Origin: an uncultured Clostridia bacterium
GTDB taxonomy: Bacteria > Bacillota > Clostridia > Christensenellales > CAG-917
DNA: 64,000 bases
Reading direction: 5' to 3'
Assembly: GCA_947628855.1 (NCBI GenBank)
Contig: CANRBM010000002.1
Coordinates: 4,884-68,883 of the forward strand
In this document: positions 29,783 through 38,602 of the stretch, in pieces
Numbering within the stretch: position 1 is the stretch's first letter
Layout: each line of letters begins with the position of its first letter
Made by a program: the position numbers and the translations under genes
Notes under the pieces: generated by a model
What the model saw: the letters and a program-made list of their open reading frames with translations, nothing else
Database searches by the model: none
What the model was told of the DNA's origin: nothing

Positions 29783-30535
29783 ATGAAAAACGGCGACATC
29801 ATCAAAATTCTTGAAGAATTCGCGCCTCCCTCTCTTGCCGAGGAATGGGACAGGATAGGGCTTATGGTGGGAAACTTGCAAGCCGAGAATACGGGCGTGC
29901 TCGTGACTCTCGACGTTACGCCCGAAACAATAAAAGAGGCGTGGGAGAAGGGCGCGAACCTCATAGTGTCCCATCATCCCTTGATATGGGATCCCATCGC
30001 TCGCATTGACGAGGAGACTTCGCGCGGCGCTATGTATGCGGAGCTCATCAAAAAGGACATGACCGTGTATTCTATGCACACCAACCTCGACAAGACGGAG
30101 GGCGGCATAAACGACTGCCTTGCGGCTATTTTAGGAGGGAAGGATGTTCAAAATGATGGACTGGGGCGCGTTTTTTTCCTTGAAGGCGTCACATTGAAAC
30201 AGCTCGCGCGTCGCGTATCCGAGAGGCTTAGCGACAAAACAGTGTACGCCGTGGGCGATCCCGATAAGATCATAAAGAGGGCATACGTCGTCGGCGGCTC
30301 GGGCGGGAGCGAGTACGCGCGCGCAAAGGAAGTCGCGGACGTGCTCATCACGGGCGAAATAAAACATAATTTGCTTGTGGAGGCGAAGGCGGAAGGCTTT
30401 TGCCTTGTCGGATTTTCGCACTTCGCAAGCGAGATCTTGGCACAGGATATCTTGAGTGACGCGCTCGCGTCATATCCGATAAATATAATCAAAGCGGCAA
30501 AGATATGTCCGTTCTGGAGGTTGGATGAAGTATGA
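29783..30535 (+). CDS. Nif3-like dinuclear metal-centre protein (YqfO/GTP cyclohydrolase 1 type 2 homologue)
   Basis: 250 aa. SHHPLIW and MHTNLD metal-ligand motifs. Lacks the PII-like insertion of longer family members. Confidence 0.85.
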   Translation: MKNGDIIKILEEFAPPSLAEEWDRIGLMVGNLQAENTGVLVTLDVTPETIKEAWEKGANLIVSHHPLIWDPIARIDEETSRGAMYAELIKKDMTVYSMHTNLDKTEGGINDCLAAILGGKDVQNDGLGRVFFLEGVTLKQLARRVSERLSDKTVYAVGDPDKIIKRAYVVGGSGGSEYARAKEVADVLITGEIKHNLLVEAKAEGFCLVGFSHFASEILAQDILSDALASYPINIIKAAKICPFWRLDEV

Positions 30536-31269
30536 ATTTCCAAAAATTGCTTGAGTATCAAAGTTACGACATGAAGTGCGACTCCCTCATGAGGGAACTC
30601 AAAAACAGCGAGGAAAATGAAAAGATCGTCGCGATAAACAAACAGCTTAATGAGGCTGTGGCAAAGATATACAAGCTCAACGACGTAGCGGGAGCGCTCC
30701 TCAACGAGTTTAACTCCATCAAGCAGAGGCTTGACGAGAGCAGCAGGGAGCTTGACGATCTTGCGGACATATTCGAGGAGAACAAGGACCTCGACGAGGT
30801 GGACGCTACCGAAATGGAGCACTATCTCAAACAAGCTAAAAAGCTCAAGGACAAGATAGACTCTTTGGAGTCGGGGCTCAAGACGGTGAGGACGAAAGCC
30901 GCCGCCGCGCTCAAGGAGTACGACGAAGTACGCGCGCGCGGGGCAAAGCTCAGCGACATGAAGGCGGGCGCCGAGGACAAATTCAAGGCGCGCAGAATGA
31001 CCTATCAGTCGCAATTCGAGGAACTCAAGTCCAAGATGGACGCCATAAGAAAGCTTATTCCCGAGGAGATGGCGCTGTACGACAAGACAAAGGCGGCCCT
31101 CAACAGGGCGCCCTATGTACTCGAATACGACCCCAAGACAAAAAAATGCCCATACGCGTTGTGCCAAATGGACATCTACGCCGATACGCAGGCAAAACTC
31201 AAACAGCCCGGCGATCACGCCGAATGCCCAAACTGCGGCAGATTGCTGTTTATACCCAAACAGGATTAA
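30532..31269 (+). CDS. Coiled-coil zinc-ribbon protein (COG1579/DUF164-like)
   Basis: 245 aa. Long coiled coil followed by CPYALCQM...ECPNCGRLL. Overlaps the nif3 stop (ATGA). Conserved nif3 neighbour. Confidence 0.75.
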   Translation: MNFQKLLEYQSYDMKCDSLMRELKNSEENEKIVAINKQLNEAVAKIYKLNDVAGALLNEFNSIKQRLDESSRELDDLADIFEENKDLDEVDATEMEHYLKQAKKLKDKIDSLESGLKTVRTKAAAALKEYDEVRARGAKLSDMKAGAEDKFKARRMTYQSQFEELKSKMDAIRKLIPEEMALYDKTKAALNRAPYVLEYDPKTKKCPYALCQMDIYADTQAKLKQPGDHAECPNCGRLLFIPKQD

Positions 31270-31305
31270 GGCTCACGCCAAACTAGAAATAAAAAGGAGA
31301 GAGTT

Positions 31306-34300
31306 ATGGAAAAGTATTTCAATAAAGCCGAGGTGTATCAGCTGAACGTTCAACAAAAGCACGGCGCGGGCTTTCCTCTCGACGAGAGCGGAAATAAGTG
31401 CGTCTGCCTGCTCAACGGCGAATGGGATTTCAAGTATTTCGTGTCCGCTGACATGCTCGACCTCTCGCCCGAGGCTATGGACAAGATATCCGTGCCTTCC
31501 GAGTGGCAGATAAAGGGCTATGACAAACCTATCTATACGAACATAAACTATCCAAAGCCTATAGACGCAAAGCATACGGGCAAGCCGCACATCGACGAGG
31601 CGACAAACACCTGCGGACTGTATCGCCGCACCTTTACGCTTGACAAGATAGAGGGCAGCGTACATATAAACTTCGCCGCGAACAGTTGCGCGCAACTTTA
31701 CATCAACGGCAACTTCGTCGGCTACAGCGAGGATACCTTCGACTATCAAGAGTACGACATCACGCCGTATGTGCGCGTCGGCGAGAACGAGGTCAAGATA
31801 GTTGTTTTCCGCTATTGCATCGGCAGTTATCTCGAGGACCAGGATATGTGGAGGCTTTCGGGGCTCTTCCGCGACGTCACGCTCATATTCGAACCCGCCG
31901 TGAGGATAGCGGACGTCTTTGCGCGCAGCGAGTTTTCGGACGGCTATAAAAAGGCAAAACTTATCGTTGGCGCGGATATTTCAAACGTCGCGGACAAGAC
32001 GGCAGAAGATGTCCTTCTTGTTATGGATCTTTTGGACGCCGACGGCAAGGTCAAGGCGCATGCCGAATTCAACGTCGTAGGGCTTGATGAAGGGGAGAGC
32101 AAGCACGTCGCCGCCAAAGAGAGCGTGGACGCGCCCGCGCTTTGGAGCAGCGAACATCCGTATCTTTATCGTCTGCGCCTTACCCTCTACACCGTCAAGG
32201 GAGGGAAGAAGACATTCGCGGATATGCGCGAACTAAATTTCGGTTTCCGCGAGGTCAAGATAGTGCCCATGATCGACGGCAAGGAGCCCTATATAATGCT
32301 CAACGGGCAGAAGCTCAAGATAAGAGGCGTCAACCGTCACGAATTTCATCCCGATTTCGGACACGCCGTCCCCGCGGAGTACACCGAGCGCGACATAATA
32401 CTGCTCAAGCGCAACAACGTGAACTCCATACGTACGAGCCACTATCCCAACAGCCGCGCGTTCTATGACCTCTGCGACAAGTATGGCATCATGGTCATGA
32501 GCGAGAACAACCTCGAAACGCACGGCATCGCGACGCGCGTACCCAAAAACAGCAAATTCTGGACGGAGCGCATATGCTGGCGCATGCAAAATATGGTGCG
32601 CACCTATCGCAATCACCCCTGCATACTCTTCTGGTCCCTCGGCAACGAGAGCGGCTACGGCAAGTCTTTCGTACAGGCGAAGAAGGCGGCGCTCGAGCTC
32701 GACACCACCCGCCCCATACACTATGAGCCCGACTTCCATATCAAGACTTCGGATATTGTCAGCGAGATGTACACCAAAGAGGAGCAAATGGAGGAGATCG
32801 CAAACAACAGGTTCCACCTCCACTCCATGGCGCTTTGGGCGCCTTTAGGGCACATTCTCACTCCGCATGATTACAAGGATAAACCCTTCATACAGTGCGA
32901 ATACGCCCACTGCATGGGCAACAGCCTCGGCAACTTCGAGGACTATTGGAAACATTACCGCGCGCATGACAGGCTGTGCGGCGGCTACATCTGGGACTTT
33001 GCGGATCAAGGCATAAAGAGAGTACACCCCGACGGCACTATCGAATACACCTATGGCGGAGATTGGGGCGATACGCCAAACGACGGCACCTTCGCCTTCA
33101 ACGGCATAGTGCGCGCAGACCGCACTCCCAACCCCGCCTTCTACGAAGTCAAAAAAGTGCAGCAGCAGGTGAATTTCTCGCTTGACGGCAGCAAGCTCAA
33201 ACTCATCAACGAATATATGTTCACATCTCTCGACGCTTTCGGGCTCACTTTGGAGCTTGTGCATGGTGGCGCCCCCGTAAAGACCTACACATTGCAGATG
33301 CCCGCCATAAAGCCGCTCTCAAGCGGAGAGTTGGCGCTCCCGTACGACCTTGTCGCCGAGGCGAAAAAGCTGGACGGCGAAGTATATATCAACTGCTATG
33401 CGAGCGTATTGCATGCCGACAAAGTATTCAAAGAAGGGGATATTGTTGCGGAGGAGCAGCTCGTGCTCAAGGATTATTCTCCCAAGACATTCGCCGTCGC
33501 GGACGGAAAGACGGTTTTCCAAGAGGACGGCAAAGTCCTGCTCGAGCACGGCAATATCAAGGCTACCGTGGACCGCAACAGCGGCTTTGTCACATCGCTC
33601 GTCATAGACGGCAAGGAAAAACTGTCCGCGCCCATACGTCCCAACTTCTGGCGCGCGCCCATAGACAACGATAAGACTCCGCAGGTCCCGCCCATCGCAA
33701 GACGTATTCTGGGCAAGGTGTATTTCAAGACTTGCGCCGAGAGGCTTGTCAAATCCAAGATGACCTGCACGGATAAGGCGGTAGAGATAGACTGGTCGTG
33801 TATGCCAAAGCTCGCCGCCCTCAAGACGGTATACGAGATAGGCGAGGACGGCTTGCACATCAAAATGCGCGTCAAAAACAATATGTTCAGCCTGCCGCGC
33901 TACGGGTTCAGAATGCAGCTCAGCGCCTCGGACGACGTTAAATTCTACGGCAGAGGACCGCACGAAAACTATTGCGACCGCAAAGCCGCCGCAAAACTCG
34001 GCATATATGAGGGCAGCGTCGCCGATTTCGAGCATAACTACCTCGTCCCGCAGGAGAACGGAAACCACTGCGATACGCGCTACGTCACAGTCGGCGGAGC
34101 CGAGGGCGTCACGTTTGCCGCAGTCGAAAAACCAATAGAATTCAGCGTCCACGACTATACGCAGGAAGAGCTTGAGACGGCAACGCACGCGCACGAGCTC
34201 GCGCACGGCGGCACTATCGAGGTCTGCATAGACGGCGCACAACGCGGAGTCGGCGGAGACGTCCCCGCTCTCGCCTGCACCAAGAAGAGATACAAGATAT

Positions 34301-34341
34301 TGCCCAACCGCACCCACGAACTCAGTTTCACGATAAAATGA
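31306..34341 (+). CDS. lacZ: Beta-galactosidase, glycoside hydrolase family 2
   Basis: 1011 aa. HYPNSRAFYDLCDKYGIMVMSENNLETHG, acid/base WSLGNESGYG, nucleophile region IQCEYAHCMGNS. C-terminal small-chain domain present. Confidence 0.9.
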   Translation: MEKYFNKAEVYQLNVQQKHGAGFPLDESGNKCVCLLNGEWDFKYFVSADMLDLSPEAMDKISVPSEWQIKGYDKPIYTNINYPKPIDAKHTGKPHIDEATNTCGLYRRTFTLDKIEGSVHINFAANSCAQLYINGNFVGYSEDTFDYQEYDITPYVRVGENEVKIVVFRYCIGSYLEDQDMWRLSGLFRDVTLIFEPAVRIADVFARSEFSDGYKKAKLIVGADISNVADKTAEDVLLVMDLLDADGKVKAHAEFNVVGLDEGESKHVAAKESVDAPALWSSEHPYLYRLRLTLYTVKGGKKTFADMRELNFGFREVKIVPMIDGKEPYIMLNGQKLKIRGVNRHEFHPDFGHAVPAEYTERDIILLKRNNVNSIRTSHYPNSRAFYDLCDKYGIMVMSENNLETHGIATRVPKNSKFWTERICWRMQNMVRTYRNHPCILFWSLGNESGYGKSFVQAKKAALELDTTRPIHYEPDFHIKTSDIVSEMYTKEEQMEEIANNRFHLHSMALWAPLGHILTPHDYKDKPFIQCEYAHCMGNSLGNFEDYWKHYRAHDRLCGGYIWDFADQGIKRVHPDGTIEYTYGGDWGDTPNDGTFAFNGIVRADRTPNPAFYEVKKVQQQVNFSLDGSKLKLINEYMFTSLDAFGLTLELVHGGAPVKTYTLQMPAIKPLSSGELALPYDLVAEAKKLDGEVYINCYASVLHADKVFKEGDIVAEEQLVLKDYSPKTFAVADGKTVFQEDGKVLLEHGNIKATVDRNSGFVTSLVIDGKEKLSAPIRPNFWRAPIDNDKTPQVPPIARRILGKVYFKTCAERLVKSKMTCTDKAVEIDWSCMPKLAALKTVYEIGEDGLHIKMRVKNNMFSLPRYGFRMQLSASDDVKFYGRGPHENYCDRKAAAKLGIYEGSVADFEHNYLVPQENGNHCDTRYVTVGGAEGVTFAAVEKPIEFSVHDYTQEELETATHAHELAHGGTIEVCIDGAQRGVGGDVPALACTKKRYKILPNRTHELSFTIK

Positions 34342-34393
34342 ACCGTGTGTCTGACGTAGCTTATAAAATCACGATCAAAAAAGCAAACATCAC

Positions 34394-34435
34394 AAAAAAA
34401 TGTCCGCCCCATTTTTGAAAGGGCGGACGTTTTTA
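34394..34435. terminator. Bidirectional intrinsic terminator shared by lacZ and the TAC operon
   Basis: A7, GTCCGCCC (34402-34409), 11-nt loop, GGGCGGAC (34421-34428), then GTTTTTA. Confidence 0.7.
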
Positions 34436-34448
34436 TAGGTGCATGGAT

Positions 34449-34835
34449 TCAATCGTCGATCAATTTGGTGATATTGAGCGCAGGAATGATTATAGGCGCC
34501 ATTCCAGGTTGTGCAGTTAATGAAGTGATTTGACTTCTGATAAAGGGGAATATAATCGCAGCACCGTTTATTTTTGCCATATCGTCTCGACTTTCCTCAT
34601 CTTGAACTGCTTGTGTAAATACGAAAACTCCGATAGCTATCACAGACAAAGATATGTCGTCTTTTGCAATATCGACGGTCAACTGCACTTCGTATGCATC
34701 GTCGACATGTCGCAACTTGCGCGAAACGTCGATCTTCAGTTCGCCGCCTGCAACAACAGCCTCTCTCTTAAATGTGATTGATGGAAAGTACAGATTTTTC
34801 AACTGCATTTCCGCTCTCATATCATTGATGTCCAT
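34449..34835 (-). CDS. SecB-like chaperone (third gene of a TAC module)
   Basis: ORF 34449..34904, start trimmed to ATG 34835 behind GAGGAGGA (5-nt spacing), 10 nt after the upstream stop. By-eye alignment to E. coli SecB: MQLKNLYFPSITFKRE vs FQIQRIYTKDISFEAP; DDAYEVQLTV vs DDVYEVVLRV; IIFPFIRSQITSLTAQPGMAPIIIPALNITKL vs [32 protein letters not shown]. Confidence 0.75.
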   Translation of the reverse strand: MDINDMRAEMQLKNLYFPSITFKREAVVAGGELKIDVSRKLRHVDDAYEVQLTVDIAKDDISLSVIAIGVFVFTQAVQDEESRDDMAKINGAAIIFPFIRSQITSLTAQPGMAPIIIPALNITKLIDD

Positions 34836-34845
34836 AAATTCCTCC

Positions 34846-35403
34846 TCAAGCCGCAAAGGCGAATTTTTTTGGTTTATCCCAACCTGTTTCGCCAAAATCG
34901 ACATCCAAAGTCAAAACAGGCGGTTGCTCCGACAATACCATGTCCAGCAACTTCTTTTCAATCTTGACATACTCTTCACTTTTGAATGAATCGCGATGGT
35001 TCTTGAGTTTTTCCAAAAGATATGTCGCGCCCTTCTGTTGCAATTCTTTCAATATATCCGAAAAAGCCTTGCTCGGGATATAGCCGTCGCAATATCTTTC
35101 AAATGTGTGGGGACCCATGCCCAAGATCTTGGACAAATTTCTCTTGCTTGCGACATGTTTATATGTTTTTGCCAATACTAGCACATCACTATAAGATATA
35201 AGATGTTTTTTTGCTCTGTATGCGTCATAAATTGCAAACAAATTGAAATCGTGCAACTCTCCCATATGCACAAGTTCCCCACACTCGTTGCAATGTGCAT
35301 ATTTTTGGATGCAGGTCAACTTTTCGCCTTTCCAAACGATCTCTTCTTCTTTTTCCTCTATTGTTACATCGACATTTTTTAGACAATACACGCAGAATTC
35401 CAT
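34846..35403 (-). CDS. mqsA: MqsA-like antitoxin (zinc-binding N-domain plus XRE HTH) with a C-terminal extension
   Basis: Start at ATG 35403, 9 nt after GAGAGG. Zinc ligands C4/C7/C38/C41 (CVYC...CNEC). HTH SKRNLSKILGMGPHTFERYCDGYIPS vs E. coli MqsA TQKEAAEIFGGGVNAFSRYEKGNAQP. About 70 extra residues follow the HTH, ending VLTLDVDFGETGWDKPKKFAFAA. Confidence 0.75.
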   Translation of the reverse strand: MEFCVYCLKNVDVTIEEKEEEIVWKGEKLTCIQKYAHCNECGELVHMGELHDFNLFAIYDAYRAKKHLISYSDVLVLAKTYKHVASKRNLSKILGMGPHTFERYCDGYIPSKAFSDILKELQQKGATYLLEKLKNHRDSFKSEEYVKIEKKLLDMVLSEQPPVLTLDVDFGETGWDKPKKFAFAA

Positions 35404-35419
35404 TGTTTTCACCTCTCAA

Positions 35420-35803
35420 TCATTCATATTCCGCTTCATGAAAAGATACCACTATTACCAGTTTATTTTTCAGTTCTTCGCTTGCGACAGTACCCAATTT
35501 GATGTACAGTGTAACTCTCTTTTTCCTGTTTCCGTTTATGGGCAGCAACATCTCATTATGTTTGAATATATGCAATTTATCTATTGCCAAGTTTCCGTAT
35601 GTATAAAAAATTGACTCTTTATAATCTGCGAGCGTGAGTTTGCGAATTATAGACATTTCGTCTTGGTCGGTTATTCTATAATCGCTTAAGAAATTTAGAT
35701 TTTTATTCCTCTCCAGAATTTGTATGCTTGCGCGACCGCTTTTCAAGTTTTCGAGCAGCATTTGGACAGTTTCGCTATCATCGAATTTGTCGGTCACAGT
35801 CAC
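35420..35803 (-). CDS. mqsR: MqsR-like toxin (putative RNase)
   Basis: 127 aa, GTG start 11 nt after AGGAGG. LTLADYKESIFYTY vs E. coli MqsR LSESDFYKSMTTY. VTLYIKLG...KLVIVVSFHEAEYE vs VYLKITVIHDVLIVSFKEK. Confidence 0.65.
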   Translation of the reverse strand: MTVTDKFDDSETVQMLLENLKSGRASIQILERNKNLNFLSDYRITDQDEMSIIRKLTLADYKESIFYTYGNLAIDKLHIFKHNEMLLPINGNRKKRVTLYIKLGTVASEELKNKLVIVVSFHEAEYE

Positions 35804-35829
35804 TTTTCACACATCCTCCTTGTTTATTT

Positions 35830-35858
35830 ATTATATCAATCTGCGGCCGGCCTGTCAA
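35830..35858 (-). promoter_or_regulatory. Consensus sigma-70 promoter of the TAC operon
   Basis: On the minus strand: TTGACA (35858-35853), 17 nt (contains GGCCGGCC), TATAAT (35835-35830). The predicted leader to GTG 35803 is only about 20 nt. Confidence 0.7.
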
Positions 35859-35870
35859 TGATAATTTTGC

Positions 35871-35880
35871 ACCAATTGGT
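35871..35880. promoter_or_regulatory. Candidate MqsA operator palindrome
   Basis: Perfect palindrome ACCAATTGGT, 12 nt upstream of the -35 box. It resembles the E. coli MqsA site ACCT-N-AGGT. Confidence 0.4.
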
Positions 35881-36135
35881 ACATTTTTATACGCGCTTTT
35901 TTATCATAAACTATGCGTTTCGTCAAAAACAAGAAAATATGCAACATTTGGTGTGTAAAAATTTTTTGAGGCACAAAATATTGATTTTTGTGATTAGGAG
36001 CGCCTACAAAATTTTTTTAACAATAAGATACGAAAAAATTTAGACATTTTCGGTTTAAAACATGTAGACGAATGATCAAGTGCAAAAAAATCCGACGGTG
36101 GAAGTTTCTCGTCTTTGACAAAGCGTCCACACACC

Positions 36136-36630
36136 TCAAAGCCACTCCAGGATGGTACGCCATTCGTCGCAAAGTTTTTGGAGGGAGTAAGCGGCGTTAG
36201 CGGGAGAGGTGGAGGGAAGTTTTTGGGTGATGGGCGCAAGCTCGGGGTGGTATTTGACGGCGCTTTGGTAGGACGCGGCGCCGTTGCAAAAGATATGCCG
36301 TATTTGCGTGCCGCGCATTAGGGCGGGAATATCCGCGGGTACTATGCTTGAGATCGCGCTGTCGCTGCTGTCTTCGATATCGCACTCCTCCACGCTGTCA
36401 TACAGGGCTATCCCACGCCTGTTCAAAACTTCGATACGGGCGGGGACAGGGAGAGAATACAGCTCCTCGCCGAGCAGCTCCCCAAGCACTTTCCAAAAGC
36501 GATTTTGCGGGTGCATATAATAAAACCCGTGCTCCACAGATTTCAAAGAGGGCACGCTCCCCAAAATGAGGATGCGCGCCTTCTTTGTAATTACGGGACC
36601 AAACGGGTGTTTTATGTGTCGTTTTTGCAT
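36136..36630 (-). CDS. Uracil-DNA-glycosylase-superfamily protein, hypoxanthine/deoxyinosine DNA glycosylase type
   Basis: 164 aa. HPFGPVITKKARILILGSVPSLKSVEHGFYYMHPQNRFW...IFCNGAASY...LPSTSPANA pattern of the DNA-deoxyinosine glycosylase family. Confidence 0.7.
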   Translation of the reverse strand: MQKRHIKHPFGPVITKKARILILGSVPSLKSVEHGFYYMHPQNRFWKVLGELLGEELYSLPVPARIEVLNRRGIALYDSVEECDIEDSSDSAISSIVPADIPALMRGTQIRHIFCNGAASYQSAVKYHPELAPITQKLPSTSPANAAYSLQKLCDEWRTILEWL

Positions 36631-36648
36631 GTTAAAGTGCGTTTTTGG

Positions 36649-38274
36649 TCATTTGATGATGTACACCTTTGTCTGATGCTTTTTGAGCTCGGTTTGCACG
36701 ACGCCGTCCGTTGTGAGCTCCTCGCCGCTCCATTGCTCCGTGAGGTGATAGCTCTTTTGCTTTTTGAGGGCTACATATTTGTCGTTGAGCAGGGAAGTAA
36801 GATCGAATTTCGCTTTCTTGTTGCCGTTTGATTTGTTGAACAGCGCAAGCGCCACGCTGCCGTCCGCGAGCGGCTTGGCAAGCACATCCACTTTACCTTT
36901 CTTTACGCGTTTTGCCTGCTTGCACAGCGGGTCTTGATTTATTGCGATGAGGTTCTTGTTTGTGACGATCTGCTTGACTTGCTCGCTCATAGTGCGCAGG
37001 TCGTTGCCAAGAATGAGAGGGGAGTCCATCATGCACCACAGCGAGAAGTGGGACACGTTTTGATCGTAGGTGAGGTCTCCGTTGCCGACTTCGAGCATAT
37101 CGGGGTCGTTGTAGTGCCCGACGCTCGAATATTTGTACAGCTTGACGTTGTGCTCGTATATTATCTTGATCCAGAACCACCACGGGCGGATGTCGGGGGT
37201 AGTGCGCCACAGGTTGCCCGCCTTCGCGCCCCAATTGTACGGCTTGCCCCAGCCCCACTCGCAAATGGAGAATACGATTGGCTTGACGGGCGTGCCTTTT
37301 TCTTCCGCGGCTATCTTAGCGCCTTCCTTGAGGGCGAGTCCCATGCGGCGATACTGATACATCTCGCTGTCCGCCTTAGAGGCGATAGGATTGTATATTT
37401 CGATCTTGTTTTTGCCCGCCTTGAGGGTGACGATCGTCTGGAAGCGCGCCGTGACGTTGTATTTCTTTTGAGACGGAAATTCTATTTCGTACTCCTTGTC
37501 GTCGTTGACCTTGACGACGGCGTATTTCTCGTATTGTCCGTGCTTTTTGATGTTGAGGGTGACGACGTACTCGCCGTTCTCGGGGGCGTCTATGTTTTCA
37601 TAGGTTATCCTGCCGAGGTTCTTGTCCAGCCCGCCCACATAGCAACCCGTAGGCAGTTTTTTGTCCGTCATATATCGCGCGAGCCCGCTGAGGCGCGCGT
37701 TCTGTACGGAGTATTCCGTCGCCTTGCCGTCGAAGCGCGACACGCTTATGCTGTACACGAGCGGCGCGTATATGGGCAGATAGATGTGGTGGCAGAAGTC
37801 ATACTTGAAATATTCAATGCCCCATCTCGCAAGTTGCAGCGCGTCCTGTCTCTCGCGCCCGAGGGAAGCGGGCAGATCCTCGCAGGTGAGAGTGCCGTTT
37901 GAGGTGTACGCGCCAAGTTTGAGCCCGAGAGCGTTCACCTTTTGCACAAGCGCGGGGATGCCGCTCGGGAAGGTCTCGTAGTCGCCGACAAGATTGCCCG
38001 CTATATCGCGCTTGTTCGACTGCCAATTGTCGTCCATATTGACGTATGTATATCCCGCCTTATCCAGCCCCTGCGCCTTCAAAGCCTCCGCCATCTCGAG
38101 CACCATTTTCTCGTTTATGTGGTTGTGGAAGGTGTTCCAGCTCGACCAGCCCATAGGCGGAGTCTTTGCCACGCCGTTTTCGTGGTCCTCGAACTCGGGC
38201 TTGACGCTCGTGGACTTGCTCTTGATGAAGAGTTGTTTCAAATAGCACATAGGGCACATGCCGTTTCGTTTCAT
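36649..38274 (-). CDS. Alpha-galactosidase, glycoside hydrolase family 27, with a ~140-aa insertion in the catalytic barrel
   Basis: 541 aa. PPMGWSSWN, YVNMDDNW, nucleophile FKYDFC, CEWG...WRTTPDI. C-terminal beta-sandwich. No signal peptide. Confidence 0.85.
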   Translation of the reverse strand: MKRNGMCPMCYLKQLFIKSKSTSVKPEFEDHENGVAKTPPMGWSSWNTFHNHINEKMVLEMAEALKAQGLDKAGYTYVNMDDNWQSNKRDIAGNLVGDYETFPSGIPALVQKVNALGLKLGAYTSNGTLTCEDLPASLGRERQDALQLARWGIEYFKYDFCHHIYLPIYAPLVYSISVSRFDGKATEYSVQNARLSGLARYMTDKKLPTGCYVGGLDKNLGRITYENIDAPENGEYVVTLNIKKHGQYEKYAVVKVNDDKEYEIEFPSQKKYNVTARFQTIVTLKAGKNKIEIYNPIASKADSEMYQYRRMGLALKEGAKIAAEEKGTPVKPIVFSICEWGWGKPYNWGAKAGNLWRTTPDIRPWWFWIKIIYEHNVKLYKYSSVGHYNDPDMLEVGNGDLTYDQNVSHFSLWCMMDSPLILGNDLRTMSEQVKQIVTNKNLIAINQDPLCKQAKRVKKGKVDVLAKPLADGSVALALFNKSNGNKKAKFDLTSLLNDKYVALKKQKSYHLTEQWSGEELTTDGVVQTELKKHQTKVYIIK

Positions 38275-38437
38275 AATCGACCTCGCAAAGCTTTAATACT
38301 TTTTAATTATATCAACTTAAAAAATTTCCGTCAATACGCAAATGCGCCTATCAGCCGAGAAAAGCCGCCGAAAATCGCCGCCGCGTCGGAAAATTTCCGT
38401 GAAATCGGCGAAAAAGCAAAGATATTTTTCAACTTGC

Positions 38438-38466
38438 TTGTCAAACGCGCCTTAAAGATGTATAAT
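38438..38466 (+). promoter_or_regulatory. Promoter of tRNA-Arg
   Basis: TTGTCA (38438-38443), 17 nt, TATAAT (38461-38466). The tRNA 5' end lies 12 nt downstream. Confidence 0.6.
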
Positions 38467-38477
38467 CACATAGCAAT

Positions 38478-38554
38478 GTTTCTGTAGCTCAGCAGGATAG
38501 AGCGTCCGCCTCCTAAGCGGAAGGTCGTGGGTTCGAATCCCGCCAGGAACGCCA
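38478..38554 (+). tRNA. tRNA-Arg (anticodon CCT), CCA encoded
   Basis: Hand-folded cloverleaf. Acceptor GTTTCTG/CAGGAAC. D arm GCTC-AGCAGGATA-GAGC. Anticodon arm TCCGC-CTCCTAA-GCGGA. Variable AGGTC. T arm GTGGG-TTCGAAT-CCCGC. Discriminator G plus CCA. Confidence 0.9.
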
Positions 38555-38555
38555 G

Positions 38556-38596
38556 TCCTTCTCAAACTTGAACCAAGTTTGAGAAGGATTTTCTTT
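38556..38596 (+). terminator. Intrinsic terminator directly after tRNA-Arg
   Basis: 14-bp stem TCCTTCTCAAACTT / AAGTTTGAGAAGGA with loop GAACC, followed by TTTTCTTT. Confidence 0.8.
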
Positions 38597-38602
38597 CCTT
38601 AT

